DNA of 63,528 nt, the filler included, from Octopus bimaculoides (lineage: Eukaryota), in assembly GCF_001194135.2 (NCBI RefSeq). It is 7 parts of 7 records of this genome, joined end to end, with 100 filler letters (N's around TTAATTAATTAA, not from the genome) between each part and the next. Parts side by side here need not be neighbours in the genome. Positions count along the whole stretch, not along the records: positions 1 to 17,315 come from NC_068983.1; 6 more parts are not named here. One strand, 5' to 3'. Under the pieces are notes generated by a model, which was not told where the DNA came from, did no database searches, and worked only from the letters and a program-made list of their open reading frames with translations. Position numbers and translations under genes: made by a program. Below are positions 1 to 14,500 of the stretch, piece after piece. Position 1 is the first letter of the stretch. Every line of letters starts with the position of its first letter.

Positions 1-845
1 CTGCGCTACCAACGCCCAAAACTGAATATGAAACTTACAGAGTACACTGGTCCGCAAGGAATTTCAATCCCAGAGCCGAAATCAGTGAGAGACCTGGGTA
101 TCGACATGAGTGATGATGCCTCTTTCCAAGTGCACATTACCAGGATGGCAACAAAGTGCAGACGATTGACTGGATGGATCCTGCGAACATTCAGAACCAG
201 AGATAAGGAAACCATGATGATCCTCTGAAAGACATTCGTCCTCAGCCGCCTGGATTACTGCTCACAGCTATGGTCACCCAGCAGTGTGAAATTAACAGCA
301 GACCTTGAAGCAATCCAGAGAAGATTCACAAAGAAGATTGTCTCTTTGTAACTGCTCCGCTACTGGGAAAGGCTGAAACAGCTAAGACACTACTCCCTGG
401 AGAGAGGGCGAGAGAGGTATGCAGTAATATACATCTGGAAGATCCTGGAAGGAATTGTGCCAAATTTTGGCATTGAAAGCTACACCAATGCTAGAACGGG
501 ACCACACTGCATAGTGCCAAAGATCCCAGGAATGCCATCGCGCTTCAGGACCAGTTACTGCAACAGTTTGGGTTTCAGGGGCCCACAGCTTTTTAATATT
601 CTCCCAAAGAGCCTGAAGAACCTGCACAAAGTATATGTAGGGGTTTTTTAATCAAAGCTGGACCTCTTCCTGTCGAGAGTCCCAGATGAACCTACCTCGC
701 GGCAGGAGGTGCAAATGAGGGTTGCTAAATCAAACTCCATTCTTCACCAAGTGCCACAAATTGTCAGAGGCTCCCTGTAATAACAGTATAGCAACACGGC
801 GGTGCATCAGCATGGCCGCACTTCTAAGCTGAAACTATAACAAAA
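1..845 (+). mobile_element. CR1-group LINE, 3' end (decayed RT C-terminus plus 3' UTR)
   Basis: One frame with in-frame stops reads KSVRDLGIDMSDDASFQVHI...SRLDYCSQLWSP...LEAIQRRFTK...YWERLKQLRHYSLERRRER...IWKILEG, the typical CR1/L2 RT C-terminal pattern. It ends in a short UTR and A-rich tail. Confidence 0.85.
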
Positions 846-912
846 AAATATATAAAAATATATATTTTTCCGAATTTCTGTAAATGTGTTTTTATTCTGT
901 AAATGTGTAAAA

Positions 913-1740
913 GTTGAATAAAGTTATAACATGTAGGAGAGGGTCTTTTTTGCTTGACATAGTGTTAATAATCTCTAACACCACAATCACAACTGATATT
1001 TATTTAAAAAGCTCAGATACACACCGGTATCTAAATTTCAAATCGTGCCACCAAGATACACAAAAAAACCAACAACCAGTACTGTCTATCTCAAGAAAGT
1101 GTACTATAGAAATTGGTCTATGCCGGGAACATTCGACTTATTGATCGCACAAGATTTCTGCTCAAGCAAATATATCCTCTCCTACTTATAGAAAATAGCA
1201 TACAAGGAGCAAAAGAGTTTCCAATCGAACAACGTAGGGTAAACCTATCGACGGAACACAATACTATTTCTAGTAACACTCAATCCGCATCACCAAAGCA
1301 TTTTTAACATTATCAAAGCAATTTTGACAATCATGAATCAAAGTGAAAAATAATAAAAAAAAGGAACATATCAAATCAAACACTTATCTTAAGCAAAAGG
1401 CAACCACATAACCTAAACAATCTATTAACAAAGGCAAAATTCAACATCAAGAAACATGATCAAAAGTTCGCAATATCCAAGTGCAATGATAACAGATGCG
1501 GAACATGTCAAAGCGTGCATAGTGATAGATACACTAGAGCAAAAGATGGACAGATTTTCGCAAGTGCAGATATGAATTGAAATACTAGAAACTTAATGAC
1601 CTAATTGCGAGAAACTATATATTTGCGAGACAGGGAAGGTATTATGGGAAAGCTCATGAGTCCACAAGCAACAAATGCGGAACACTAATGTTCGCCAAAT
1701 TCCACTGAGCGTAATTTTTCCTTTCCACTAACTGCATGAT
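913..1740 (+). mobile_element. Penelope-like element fragment (RT thumb plus GIY-YIG region), decayed
   Basis: FLLDIVL...TDIYLKSSDTHRYLNFKSCH matches the PLE RT C-terminus. A later KCNDNRCGTC Cys motif precedes a degenerate GIY-YIG region. Several frameshifts. Confidence 0.75.
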
Positions 1741-2122
1741 ACAAGTGAGTTTGGAAGAAAGAAAAAAGAAAATAAAGAAAAACGAAAATGTTCAAGAAAA
1801 ACGAAAATCTTCAAGAAAACGAAAATGTTCAAACCTCTTCTAAACGAAGATAACAACAATAATGTATATCAATCAGTTAATGCTGTGAATTTTAAAATAT
1901 CTTTAACATCTGATTATAAACAGCCTACAGAAGACTCCCACCAATTGAAATAAAAACGATCGAAACCAACTAAGTTTGTTCACTCATTAGACTATTACAT
2001 GTAAAACGCAAGCTAATTGGTTAAAATAAAGGCGGGATCTATGCCAATAATATTGGTACACTTGGCACACATGACGCTGAAGCTTCATGTGGATTTGTCA
2101 AAACCCTGTACCAAAAATTCAG

Positions 2123-2189
2123 CTTGTTGGAGCCTTCTATGATGATGATGATGATGATAGCGATAATGATGATAATATTGATGATGGTG

Positions 2190-2228
<39 letters not shown>

Positions 2229-2262
2229 GTCAGCATGATGATGATCATAAAGAATATATTGT
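2123..2262. repeat. Compound (ATG)n/(CAT)n microsatellite
   Basis: Direct reading. Confidence 0.95.
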
Positions 2263-2489
2263 CTATATTGATAATGTCTTTGGGATACATTGCCCTATAT
2301 AGGGAAGTCATGTTATTATCGAACATCTAGGTTGTGATTAAAAACTTGAAGAGCATTTTCTCCACAACTTCAAAACTATTTGCGCGAAAAGTAGTATACC
2401 AAACAAACATATTTTATTTTGTTGCGCTTTAAATCCCAAAAAATCTTGCAACTAACAAATTCATGCACTTTGGAAAGGTCAGATTCAAA

Positions 2490-2522
2490 GTATAACAATA
2501 GCAACAACAACAACAACAACAC

Positions 2523-2563
<41 letters not shown>

Positions 2564-2576
2564 GCTGCTGCTGCTA

Positions 2577-2608
<32 letters not shown>

Positions 2609-2645
2609 ATTACTACTACTAACATTACAATAACGATAATAATGA
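2490..2645. repeat. Compound (AAC)n(TAC)n(TGC)n microsatellite
   Basis: Direct reading. Confidence 0.95.
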
Positions 2646-4297
2646 TATTCACCACTAATATAAAAAGGAAAAACGAGAAACTCTTTATCTCATTTGCAGT
2701 ATATTTTAAACGAAATTTATAAAATGCGGATTAACAGAATTGTGGAAAGTATTACTACCATTTGTAACGCAGGAAACCATTGGAACTCCCATATAGCTGT
2801 TCGGTATATATTTCCCAAAATTTATCTCAGCAACAAATAGTTTACATCCTTTCCCTTCACCAACCAATATTATTGACTTGTGGTCATGCAAAATTTCGAT
2901 ATAATGGAAATCGAATAGAGAAAATATTATCAGTAACAGAAAAGCAAAACGTTCTGCTGCAAAGAAGAGTAAAACGCAACTGAACAATGACAGCAAATCT
3001 TTCAAATTCAGTTACTCGACCTAGAATCCTTTTGATCTTAGACCGTACAAATAATTATATGACGTAAGAAGGCATTTAAACGAACAGGCGTGTGAAACAT
3101 TGGCACAAGTACAGAAAATATTGAATTTAGACTGTTGGAAGGTGTCACCCGAAGTTATTCCATTTCTAAATCTTTATCTATTACCGATGAATACTATAAA
3201 TATTTTCATGTTATTTCGTTTTCGTTGATAATTATACAATTTTGATATATTTTCTTATTGAGAATTTTCTATAGTGTTTTTCAGCTTGATCTCTAAGTTT
3301 GTTTGTTTTTTGTATCTCGAAGGTGCAAAATCAATGTTAGAATACATAATAATGTATAATGAAAATGATTTAGTCATCCATACTCAATGCCAGAGTAATA
3401 TGCTATTTTTCTGCCGAATGTAAATAACGCTTCTATAGAAATTAATTAAATGTATATTTTACAGATGTCTAGATGTGTCTAATTCCTGGTGGATATTTGA
3501 ATGGCTCTGCTAAACGTATATAAAGTATGTTTGTAAGTATAATTGACTTGACAAAGTATTATGCAGTACCTGTTGTACACAATTGCCCTGACCTGTATTA
3601 TAAATATTTATAAAGTGGAGCGGTTGCATTTGTAGGAAATACTAATCCAATTGAGTTGATTATATTTATCAGAGATGTTGTCCTCACCAGTGTATTTTCA
3701 ATTTATGTCGAATACTGCATAAAATATTTTATTCATGAGTGAATAAATTATCTGCTAAATATATTCTTACAACGAACAATTCATAATAGCATTGCATATT
3801 GAAATTAATTAGAAGAATTCATTTAATCAAGCAGGTTGCATTTTAATGCTTTTTTTTATTTCTCATGAAACACACAATTGAAAAATAACATATTTCCTAT
3901 TGCGATGTACTATGGCATAAAGTTTGGTTTATAAACCTGATTCAGTATAGTTCCATCCCTAGCACAAGGACTTTCTTAAAGTTAATAATTTTTTCAATTT
4001 TATTGAAGTATTATAAAGTATACTTGATAAATTTAGTAAGGATTTTCTAAGCCCTAAATTAAGTGTTCATCGTTTTATCATTATAAAATTATTAATTATT
4101 CAACAAAAAAGCAAAATATCGACATGTTAATAAATATTTAACTTCGTATAATTATAAGCATAAAATACATGGAGTTTTATCAATTATCTACGCATAAGCA
4201 TATAAATGTATTTCTTTCACAGCTTCTCTCTCTATACATATATGCGTGTGTAGTGTGTGTGTGTATATATACATGTATATTTAAACAAGAAGGTATG

Positions 4298-4330
<33 letters not shown>

Positions 4331-7025
4331 GTATACATACAACACCTCAATTAAAAGATTTTCCAGTTCAGTTTTATACGATCATTTTATTGCCACTCGT
4401 GCATCCTAGATATCATAACACATTGTGTGAATAATATTCTGTTATCATATTTATATCAATACTCTTAAAAGTTTCCTAGTGAGAAGAAAGGGAAAAGGCA
4501 TGCATTTAATACCTGCTTCTTTTTTGGAATAATCGTAAAATATTTTATGAATCACTTAAGAGCCGTTATGTTATTTTTAGAAATTGTTTGAAAATACGGA
4601 AATTTGAAGGAAGATCTTTTTTTTTCTTTCGTATTATCAACAAACAAATTATAATCTATATCGATATTCAATTAACTGTAACGAGCATGAATGGTTGGTT
4701 TATAAATTCAGAAAGGGTAAATTACGATGAAGACAAGGAGGATATTATATTTAGATATCAGTTGGGAACAACTGAATATCGGAGGATATTCAGTACAGCA
4801 TTATAACGTTTCGCATTGTCAGTGCTTTAACAGAATTTTAATGAAAATTTCCTCGTTTCTATTGAAATGTAGGCAAGTGTAATGTTTACCTAATTGACTC
4901 AGGAGAAAAAGAGATACAGGGAGAGAAGTTATGAGCGACAGTGTTAGTGTTACACACTGATACACATTCACGCGTTCATGTAGCGGTTATTTTAAATTTC
5001 GTCTCAGGTGAAGCTAGATGAAGAAGACTAAGCATATTTACAAACGTATTCTGCAAAGTCCGAAACTGGAGTACTAGGTTATCCATTTCTCCGGCGATCT
5101 TCCTAGAGGTAAGACGAAATTATTTTTCGCCGCCCGCACACATTTGCCTCTATACATTCAAGGTAGCTTTACATACCATTCTACAGTTATCAACTACTTT
5201 TGCCAGCAAAAATAGGTGCCTTATTGTGCCACTATTTCCTATTTATAATTCTACCTTTACGGTGCTTTATTTCGCTGGAAAATAATATTATTATATTGTA
5301 ATAATAATATATACATACATATATATACACTCACAGAGCTGTAGATATTATATATGCTGGTCAACATTTGTCTACGGAGTCTCCTTATTCTGTAAGGAGA
5401 GTTTAATATACTGTAGCAAAATACGTCGTTCTTTGTAGTTATTGTATACTACGTAACACGTATGTATTTCACTAGAATCGCGTATCTTTTTATTTGTAAA
5501 ATCGTAAATGATGTTCAACAATTTTTGATTAACATTTCTTAGTTGTATGTAAAGTCTCCGTACCCAGGCATTGAACATATGGTACTTTCTCAAAGAGACT
5601 CTTTAAAACTCCCTGGTATCAGTAAATTTTCGCTCATGAATTTTTCTAATCGAAACAAATTTTCTGAGGATGTGGTTATATTTTCATCTCACATTGAATC
5701 CGTCTATCATTACCCAATGAAAAGATATATATTAGATAGTTTAAAACTTATACAGTCTGTTAGAAACCATGCTCTGAAAAGTATATTTTAAATTTCTCTG
5801 GATGAAACGTGTATTATCTGTTAAACAAGTTTCATTTATCCAAAAGTTCATAATTATTTACAGAAAGTAGTAGTAATTAATTCATATGACATCGCAATCC
5901 TCGATTATGTAATACAAACTTCAGTTTGTAAACGAACATCTTGTATAAAAAAAAAAATTAAAAAAATTTACAGGATCCATCATACTCTAACACCTACTAC
6001 TAAAATCACTTCGAGCAGTGAAATCACATCGGAAGATGCTCTATGTCTTCTATTACATAAATCTTAACATCAACATTAAAATCATGAAAATTTCGATGTT
6101 CAATCCTAAACATATGCAGTATACGTCAGGTTATTCGATTTATTTGGATTAACAGTCAGAGAGAGATGAATACGCTGTTTCCCTATTTAAGAGAATACAA
6201 TAATGCTTTCAGAAAGAAAATTGTTGCCGCTGTCTTATAATCTAAAAATAAGAAATAACTCATTTGAATTTCGGAATCGTGCAAAAACGAGAAAAATATC
6301 TTTATAAATCATTGAAAATATAAATGTTTGATAATCTAGATCAGTGTGCATAAACCATACATTTTAGAATATACTCTACTGAAATGTTAACACAAACAGC
6401 ACTCTGAAGGCTACATTATGTTTATAATATGCAACTGAATTCTTATGCGTTTAAAATATTTATTTTCACCACTATCCAATATTCTACAGCATCGACAATG
6501 AACTTTCATCTAGCTTTTAGTATATCTGATTTTGAGCACATATAACATTATGGATTAAATGATTTCACAAGCATATGCGTGGATGATTTGTATGTTAATA
6601 ATATCCAGTTGATTTATACCCTACATATGTGGTATTTATATATCAAGCTTAGAACCTAGTAATTATAAAGTAAAGGAAAAGTGGTTAAGGTAATGTCCAT
6701 GTACGACGCTTCAAATTAATTATGATATATGAGTACGGTTTTCATATATCTCACATATCATTAGTTGGAAATGTGTATGATGGCAGTTAAATACTTCATA
6801 AGTGATAATTTATGAACATTGCTGGAATAATTAATACCTCAATAATTGTTAATAATGATGCATATTATGCTATGTAGCTGCATGGTTACTTAAGAATTCA
6901 ATATATACCAGCCTTCAATAGATTGCCAGCATGATCGAAAGTATGACTGGGAGGAACTGCTCAAGTAGCTAAAAAAATAACGCGTTATTCCAGAATTTTA
7001 AAGCGGAGAACGATAAAAAATTACA

Positions 7026-7157
7026 GGCGCAGGAGTGGCTGTGTGGTAAGTAGCTTGCTTACCAACCACATGGTTCCAGGTTCTGTCCCACGATCAAGTC
7101 CTGTGCGTGGATTTGGTAGACGGAAACTGGATGAAGCCCGTCCTATATGTATATATT

Positions 7158-7198
<41 letters not shown>

Positions 7199-7397
7199 AT
7201 GTTTGTGTGTCTGTTTGTCCACCCAGCATCACTTGACAACATATGCTGGTGTGTTTACGTCCCCGTAACCTAGCGGTTCGGCAAAAGAGTTGATAGAATA
7301 AGTACTATGCTTATAAAGAATAAGCTCTGAGGTCGATTTGCTCGACTATAAAACCAGTCGGTGCTCCAGCATGGCCGCAGTCAAATGAGTAAAAGAG
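7026..7397 (+). mobile_element. tRNA-derived SINE (family A), internally deleted
   Basis: Head GGCGCAGGAGTGGCTGTGTGGTAAG with B-box-like GGTTCCAGGTTC, a central (TA)n(TG)n and tail GGTGCTCCAGCATGGCCGCAG. Homologous copies recur through the window. Confidence 0.9.
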
Positions 7398-7864
7398 GAA
7401 AGGAGTATGGAATAACAAAATAAACTGAAGCAGCAGTACTTGCTGTATAAGAAGGAAAATATGGAACGAATCAAGGGAAAACAAGGAAACGTGCTATATG
7501 CCAACAGCATACAAATTGCACATTGTAAGTTTTAGAACAAAGGATTAAAACATATCATCGACTGAAATGTAACTCAATACTTGAATATATCAAAGTAATG
7601 GATATTCGTGAATCAAAATCATTTATACTGTAGTTGGAAAAACTATCGAACAGAAAATTTATATATTTAATATTGACTTGATGGATAAAATATTCAAGAA
7701 GCAATAGGATTAGAAAGTAAACAAAAGTATTCTCCATTTATATAACGTGTAACATGTAGATTTGGCATTTCATGATTTGACGGGACAGAAAATTTGATAT
7801 ATTAGGTGATATTCATTAAAAAAATTACTGACACATACAGGGATGAATAAAGAAAAGGAAATGT

Positions 7865-8135
7865 AATGTGCGCCTGAAACAGGGTTCTTCCAAAGGATTT
7901 CTGGCGTAAGGTTACTGGAATGGAAAATAACACGGATATACGGAAGTTAGTACAAGTCCAACCGCTATTCCGCCGCTTTGAGTGGATACAGTTAACAACA
8001 GACGTGATTAGAATGTCACAAGAAAGGATCGCAAGAAAGATTCTTCTAATCGAGCCAACCTGCCGGAAGTCACGAAGTCGGCCAAGAAAGAGAAATCTCG
8101 AGAGTATTCGTAGTGCAATATTATTCCCAGTTCGA
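7865..8135 (+). mobile_element. RTE-clade LINE C-terminal fragment
   Basis: NNTDIRKLVQVQPLFRRFE...VIRMSQERIARKILLIEPTCRKSRSRPRKR resembles the RTE end motif W.GHV.RM...R..K.......R.RGRPRKRW. Confidence 0.75.
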
Positions 8136-8466
8136 ATATGCGCTACCAGCCGACGTATGTGAACTGGAAAAAAAACATAAGAGAAGGTCTCTCTCTTAAC
8201 AGCACGCCGCACCAGCGTCCACTTTTCGAAACTGAAAAGGAAATAACTACTTCGAAACGCTTGCGTCTCACAGTCTAGATACGTGGCGCTGCGTGCTGAT
8301 TTGGATGTATTTACACCATATGTCTACATCAACAAATTGCCTTTCGAAACAAAACAGTGAATAGCTTGTTTACAAATCCGAACGTGCTTTTAGTATATTC
8401 CAACTGGTAATAACAACAAATTTATACTTATCACTGCTTTGCGCTTTCACACCGTAATATTCTTAG

Positions 8467-8584
8467 TGTCAGTTGGGCAAACTTAGTCATCCAGCAAGAA
8501 AATATTATGACTGTTACATCCGTTGGGAACATTTGAAAGGATATTGGGAAGAGAAAATGGGCAAATGTATGGAAAGGAATATAA
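8467..8584 (+). CDS. Candidate orphan internal exon, unknown gene (CQLGKLSHPARKYYDCYIRWEHLKGYWEEKMGKCMERNI)
   Basis: Acceptor ttcttag, donor A|gtaagc, 118 nt open in frame 0, protein-like composition. I recognise no homologue. Confidence 0.3.
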
Positions 8585-11149
8585 GTAAGCTTGATTTACT
8601 TTCGCTCCCAATAAGGCACCTACTGAACTGAGTGCTTCTACTTGAAGTTGTACTTTCACTAGGCTATTCGATTTCTAAGTTTGTGTAACGCGCGTATTTT
8701 AACCAGTAATACTTGTGAAACTGTAGCCTTCGAAGTAATTTATCTTAAGAAACGGATATTATAAAATATGTTATGGGCTGACCTTCTGCTAGTTATCTTA
8801 TCCTATGTGGAATAGAAACTCGTGCTTTGTATGCCTCTGCAACATTTTACAATTTGTTGTGCTCGCACCACCTTTCTATTGTTATTGTGATCGTCTTACT
8901 AGAGTTTCCGCATCCTCATTTCCAATCGATTCTTGCCTTCAGGCGGGCTTCAGTTTACCCATGGATGTTCGGAACAGGCAATAGATTATAGAAATTAAAC
9001 GTTATTAACAGCCTCCTAAGTTACCAGCCTGTTTGATTTTTATTTCTACAAGAATTCACTTGTCTGATGTTTCTGGATTGTTACTTCTTTAACAGTATAA
9101 CCAATATTCTGAAAAACATTTTCTGTAAGACAATTAAGATAAAATTTTCAATTATGCTTTCATTTCTGATTAGTTGTGCTTGTTTCACAAAGAACAGTAA
9201 ATTGAGTTTTAATATTCACTGCAACATGTAAGTTCTTCCTTGTTTTCCAAGGCATATCGAACACAAATTCATGAAAAGCAACATGAACTAATTTAATATT
9301 ACAACAATTTCCTGAAATCTATTATGTATAAGAAACCTAAGCGTGATGTTCTTGATAAAAAATACACTAAACAAGTTTTAGTGAAGTAGTCCAAAGAAAC
9401 CTATCATCCACTTGTTAGTACTATTTCAATATTTCCCAGCTAGAATTTAGATATTGGCACTTAGGTATAAATGATGGAAGTATGGAAATTAAATTTTGAA
9501 GGTTTCTTTTTGTTCATAAAACACTGCATCAAATTTCATGAAAATATATTTTTCCTTTCTAAATGATTGGAGAGTGTGAAGAAAAATATGGCAAACTTTA
9601 GAGAAAATACTCTATATAGAATGAAACACAAGCATAGTTTGTCTTGTTTTCTATACCTTGCACTCAATTCAGATTTTGCAAAATCTATGAAATTATTTCG
9701 TATTATTCATGCATCGTACTCATCAGTAGCATTTATAGTTTTCAAATATGTTCAACCTTCAAGAAACCTAGTGCAGAAAAATTTGATCCAAATGGGTTCT
9801 TATATTTACGGTGGATATTAAATGTGCCTAAGCCTGAACAAATAATTTGGACTATGAGTTTGAAGAAATTTCAACAACAGTCCACATACGTCTTTTATCT
9901 GTAGTTTTCTAAATACACTTCAACCAAGTCATTTGAAGTTTTCACCCTGATACCAACTAGCAGAAGTTTTTCAGATCAGAGTATATCTCTAATTCAGTGA
10001 TCCAAATAAATTACAATATATCATTTATATTTTAATTTATCTGTTCTACATTAAGATCTAACTGTAACATTTGAACGATCAGATATGAATAGCATCGTCT
10101 ACATGCATTATTTGCATTAGAAAAGGAAACAAGTATTTGAAAAATAGAAAATATATTTCAAAAAGACAATTACTGTAATACTGTTTTGAGAAAAAGGAAA
10201 AAAAAAGAAATAAACAAGATGCGGTAAACAATGTAATTTGTATTCACAACCTGAGCTGCGAAAGATTTACAAGTGAACATTTATTTTAAAGAACAGTTCC
10301 TTCGCTCATTGGCCAATGGATATCCATATGGCATATGTTTCAAGAAATGGGTCTCTCTCTTGCCCTGCCTCAATCAGTCTCTCCCCATCTCTCCCTATAT
10401 CTCCCTCTCCTCTCTCTCTCTCTCTTTCTGTATCAACACACATGGGCACAAATGCTCAGATGTATGTATGTATGTGTATACTTAAGCGTTTGTGTGTAGT
10501 TAGCTATTGTCTTTTCATTATATGTATAGCCACCAAGCGAAGACGTAGCAGTCTTAAATATTTCATCAGCTAGAAATTCAGAGCTAGAATTGCTATTTAT
10601 TTGTCAGTAAGAAAGTATGTAATACCAACGGCTAACAAGACATAGCTTGCACAGCAAAAGGGTACGTAAAACAAAGCGTAAGATTATTTTACTGCAAACG
10701 TCTTGTGATCTGAAGACTCTACGAACAAAGACCAACGCGTTTATACAAGCATACTCAACATAGGTCAGAAAAATAGCATTTAGCGAACACATCGACATTG
10801 GCGCTACTAACGAACACACAAACTTCAGAATGTTTCCCCTTTATAAATTCAGGGACGATGCAACCTATAATTAGCGCATTGGCAAAGAGTTATATTTTAT
10901 TGCAAAACTATAAACCCCTTCTGAATGGTTCCACCACAAATGCCACTACTACAAGGGCCTTAGAATAATACCCACGCAAATATTAAAAAACGATATATTG
11001 AGAACGGCCACTACCCATGAACTTATTGTGGACAATTCCAATCACGACTGCTGTAACCACACAGGTCACTTTAAGTCACTTGAGCATTTAAGACGATTTT
11101 ACCAATAGCCTACAACTGTCATACCCATCCATTCCTCTCCATTTTCTCT

Positions 11150-11560
11150 ACTTTGTCTTCTTCTTCTTCTTCTTCTTCTTCTTCTTCTTCTTCTTCTTCT
11201 TCTTCTTCTTCTTTTTCTTCTTTTTCTTCTTCTTCTTTTTCTTCTTCTTTATTTTTTCTTCTTCTNNNNNNNNNNNNNNNNNNNNNNNNNNNNNNNNNNN
11301 NNNNNNNNNNNNNNNNNNNNNNNNNNNNNNNNNNNNNNNNNNNNNNNNNNNNNNNNNNNNNNNNNNNNNNNNNNNNNNNNNNNNNNNNNNNNNNNNNNNN
11401 NNNNNNNNNNNNNNNNNNTCTTCTTCTTCTTCTTCTTCTTCTTCTTCTTCTTCTTCTTCTTCTTCTTCTTCTTCTTCTTCTCCGTCTCTGCTATTACCTA
11501 CCTGCCTACCTACCTACCTACCTACCTACCTACCTACCTACCTACCTACCTACCTACCTT
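11150..11560. repeat. (TTC)n array spanning a gap, followed by (TACC)n
   Basis: Direct reading. Confidence 0.95.
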
Positions 11561-14500
11561 ACTATCGAGCCTTCACAAAACTAATAGAGAGAGACACAGA
11601 AAAAAGGAAAATATCCCACGTATCTGGAAACTATGGAAATATTTTTAAAAAACATTTCATTTCATTTTCCCACAATTCAATTTTTTTCCATGCTGTAAGT
11701 TGAATAAGTCGCAAAGACTGAAACCGGTACTAAAATGTTCTTCATGATAAAATTTTTTTAACATTTTCTACCTTACACATATCGACTCATTTTCCTTACA
11801 CATATCGACTCATGTGTTACTTTTCGACCTTCTACGTATAAATATATATACACATTTGTAATGTATGCATGTATATATACGTATGTATCAAATTATTTAT
11901 GTGTCTATGTATGTAAGTATGTATGTATGTATATGTACTAACGTGTATCGATACACATATTTGCAGATATAAAAATATTGGATGTGTACACCTTACACAC
12001 ATATATGAAAATGCCATTGTGTTTCCCTGTTGCAATACTCTTACTGGACTTTTAACGTTATTTTTATGCTTGGAAAGTTTGGTAGATATTTTATGGAATA
12101 GAATTATATCCATTGATCGCATATGGTAATAGATTCACTCTTGACATGTATGTCGTTTGATCCTTTACTAACGGAATCTTTCATTTCTTCCTTCAAATTC
12201 TCTGACAAGTGCATTCCAGTAAATTCCTTGCTCTTCTCAATAATCTATGCTTATGCTTCTAAATATCTATGTCTAGATTAAAAGATTTAAAGTTATATAT
12301 CCGTTGCCCTACATGTATATACGCGTGTGCAATCATATATATCTATGTATGTGTCTGTGTGTATAAAGTTACATATATATATATATATATATATANNNNN
12401 NNNNNNNNNNNNNNNNNNNNNNNNNNNNNNNNNNNNNNNNNNNNNNNNNNNNNNNNNNNNNNNNNNNNNNNNNNNNNNNNNNNNNNNNNNNNNNNNNNNN
12501 NNNNNNNNNNNNNNNNNNNNNNNNNNNNNNNNNNNNNNNNNNNNNNNNNNNNNNNNNNNNNNNNNNNNNNNNNNNNNNNNNNNNNNNNNNNNNNNNNNNN
12601 NNNNNNNNNNNNNNNNNNNNNNNNNNNNNNNNNNNNNNNNNNNNNNNNNNNNNNNNNNNNNNNNNNNNNNNNNNNNNNNNNNNNNNNNNNNNNNNNNNNN
12701 NNNNNNNNNNNNNNNNNNNNNNNNNNNNNNNNNNNNNNNNNNNNNNNNNNNNNNNNNNNNNNNNNNNNNNNNNNNNNNNNNNNNNNNNNNNNNNNNNNNN
12801 NNNNNNNNNNNNNNNNNNNNNNNNNNNNNNNNNNNNNNNNNNNNNNNNNNNNNNNNNNNNNNNNNNNNNNNNNNNNNNNNNNNNNNNNNNNNNNNNNNNN
12901 NNNNNNNNNNNNNNNNNNNNNNNNNNNNNNNNNNNNNNNNNNNNNNNNNNNNNNNNNNNNNNNNNNNNNNNNNNNNNNNNNNNNNNNNNNNNNNNNNNNN
13001 NNNNNNNNNNNNNNNNNNNNNNNNNNNNNNNNNNNNNNNNNNNNNNNNNNNNNNNNNNNNNNNNNNNNNNNNNNNNNNNNNNNNNNNNNNNNNNNNNNNN
13101 NNNNNNNNNNNNNNNNNNNNNNNNNNNNNNNNNNNNNNNNNNNNNNNNNNNNNNNNNNNNNNNNNNNNNNNNNNNNNNNNNNNNNNNNNNNNNNNNNNNN
13201 NNNNNNNNNNNNNNNNNNNNNNNNNNNNNNNNNNNNNNNNNNNNNNNNNNNNNNNNTATATATATATATATATATATATATATGTAGAAGTATGTATGTA
13301 TCTATCTAACTATCTATACATCTAACTCTTTCTCTGTGTGTGCATACACACACACACATATATATCCAAGTACACGTATGAGTATATGTGTATTTGTGTC
13401 TTTATGTTTCGGCATATGTAATGAATCACGTATTCAGAAGCGCAAACCATTCTTAATATATTACTTTCAACGTGCACAATTTCTTTCATCCCTTCAATAA
13501 ATATCTGGTCTTTGGACACTTTTTTTGTGTTCTCATTCTTTGTTGTTTTCAATTTTCATCAGAGTTTTTCATTCTGAGAGATTCGTCTCTGTGAAAGTTT
13601 TAATGAGTAGGATATATGCATATACATAAAATGATATATGATAATTGAAACATTCATCACATCATCTATTTCTCACTCTTGTATTCCTATGTCCGAAATG
13701 TTCAGCACACGTAAACAGAGATATAAACACTCGTACACATATGTTGCTTATATATAGATACGCGTGTGTACTTTATATCATACGTATAGGCGTGTATACA
13801 TATGTGTGTATGTGTGCATGCATATAAGTTGTTTGATAAGTTTAACTACCATGCACGTCCCTTTATTTCATTTATTCAAAGTGTATTATACTAATAACAT
13901 TTATAAATCATTTGTCCACCTAACTGCACAAATCTGTAAACTTTATGATACACTAAAAACTAATACCTATACTAAAAAATGCATGCCGTAAGGCTGACCC
14001 TGATAAATTAAATGTTTCTCCTACTTACATTCTCCTGTGAATATCTGATATACAATCTGAAGACCTGGGATATCTAAATAGATACGCATCTGTACAACAA
14101 ATGCTTGTTTGAATACTAAAAAACAACATAACTTTAAATTTAATTAATAAGAGTCTTCCATAAAATCTTCCCTTCAGATGAACTTATAGTCGCTACAGTG
14201 CGATGAAGGCTAAGGAGGTCAGACCTGTCGAAGTCATTTGTCAACACAAGAACTGTTAAATAATAATACACGCGCGCGCAAATATTTACTTTAATTCACA
14301 CACCACATATAGTTTCAGTTGCATGTACACATGCTCTGTCTCACACCGTAGACTAGCGTATGATTCCGTTTTCAGAATGCAGTATATAAATATTTCGTCG
14401 CTCCGGATGCGGTCGAAACTATGTCAGATAATATTCATCCTTCAGTTCTCGATTTCATGATACTAACATTCTCTCCACTAGCTTTAATGACAGCCCACCC

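Noticed and set aside
3465-3524. Exon-like segments with AG/GT boundaries here and at 5008-5108, 14029-14089 (minus) and 47612-47633
   Set aside because: Stops in most frames or too short to judge, with no recognisable peptide. Such matches are expected by chance in AT-rich introns.
8232-8272. Hammerhead-like CTGAAAA...TTCGAAACGCTTGCGTC
   Set aside because: G8 is lost and helix I does not pair; at most a dead remnant.
12269-13325. Long ORFs in the supplied track here and at 22914-24079, 37577-38722, 42918-43778, 45129-45966 and 55249-55931
   Set aside because: They are open only because they cross N gaps and microsatellites.
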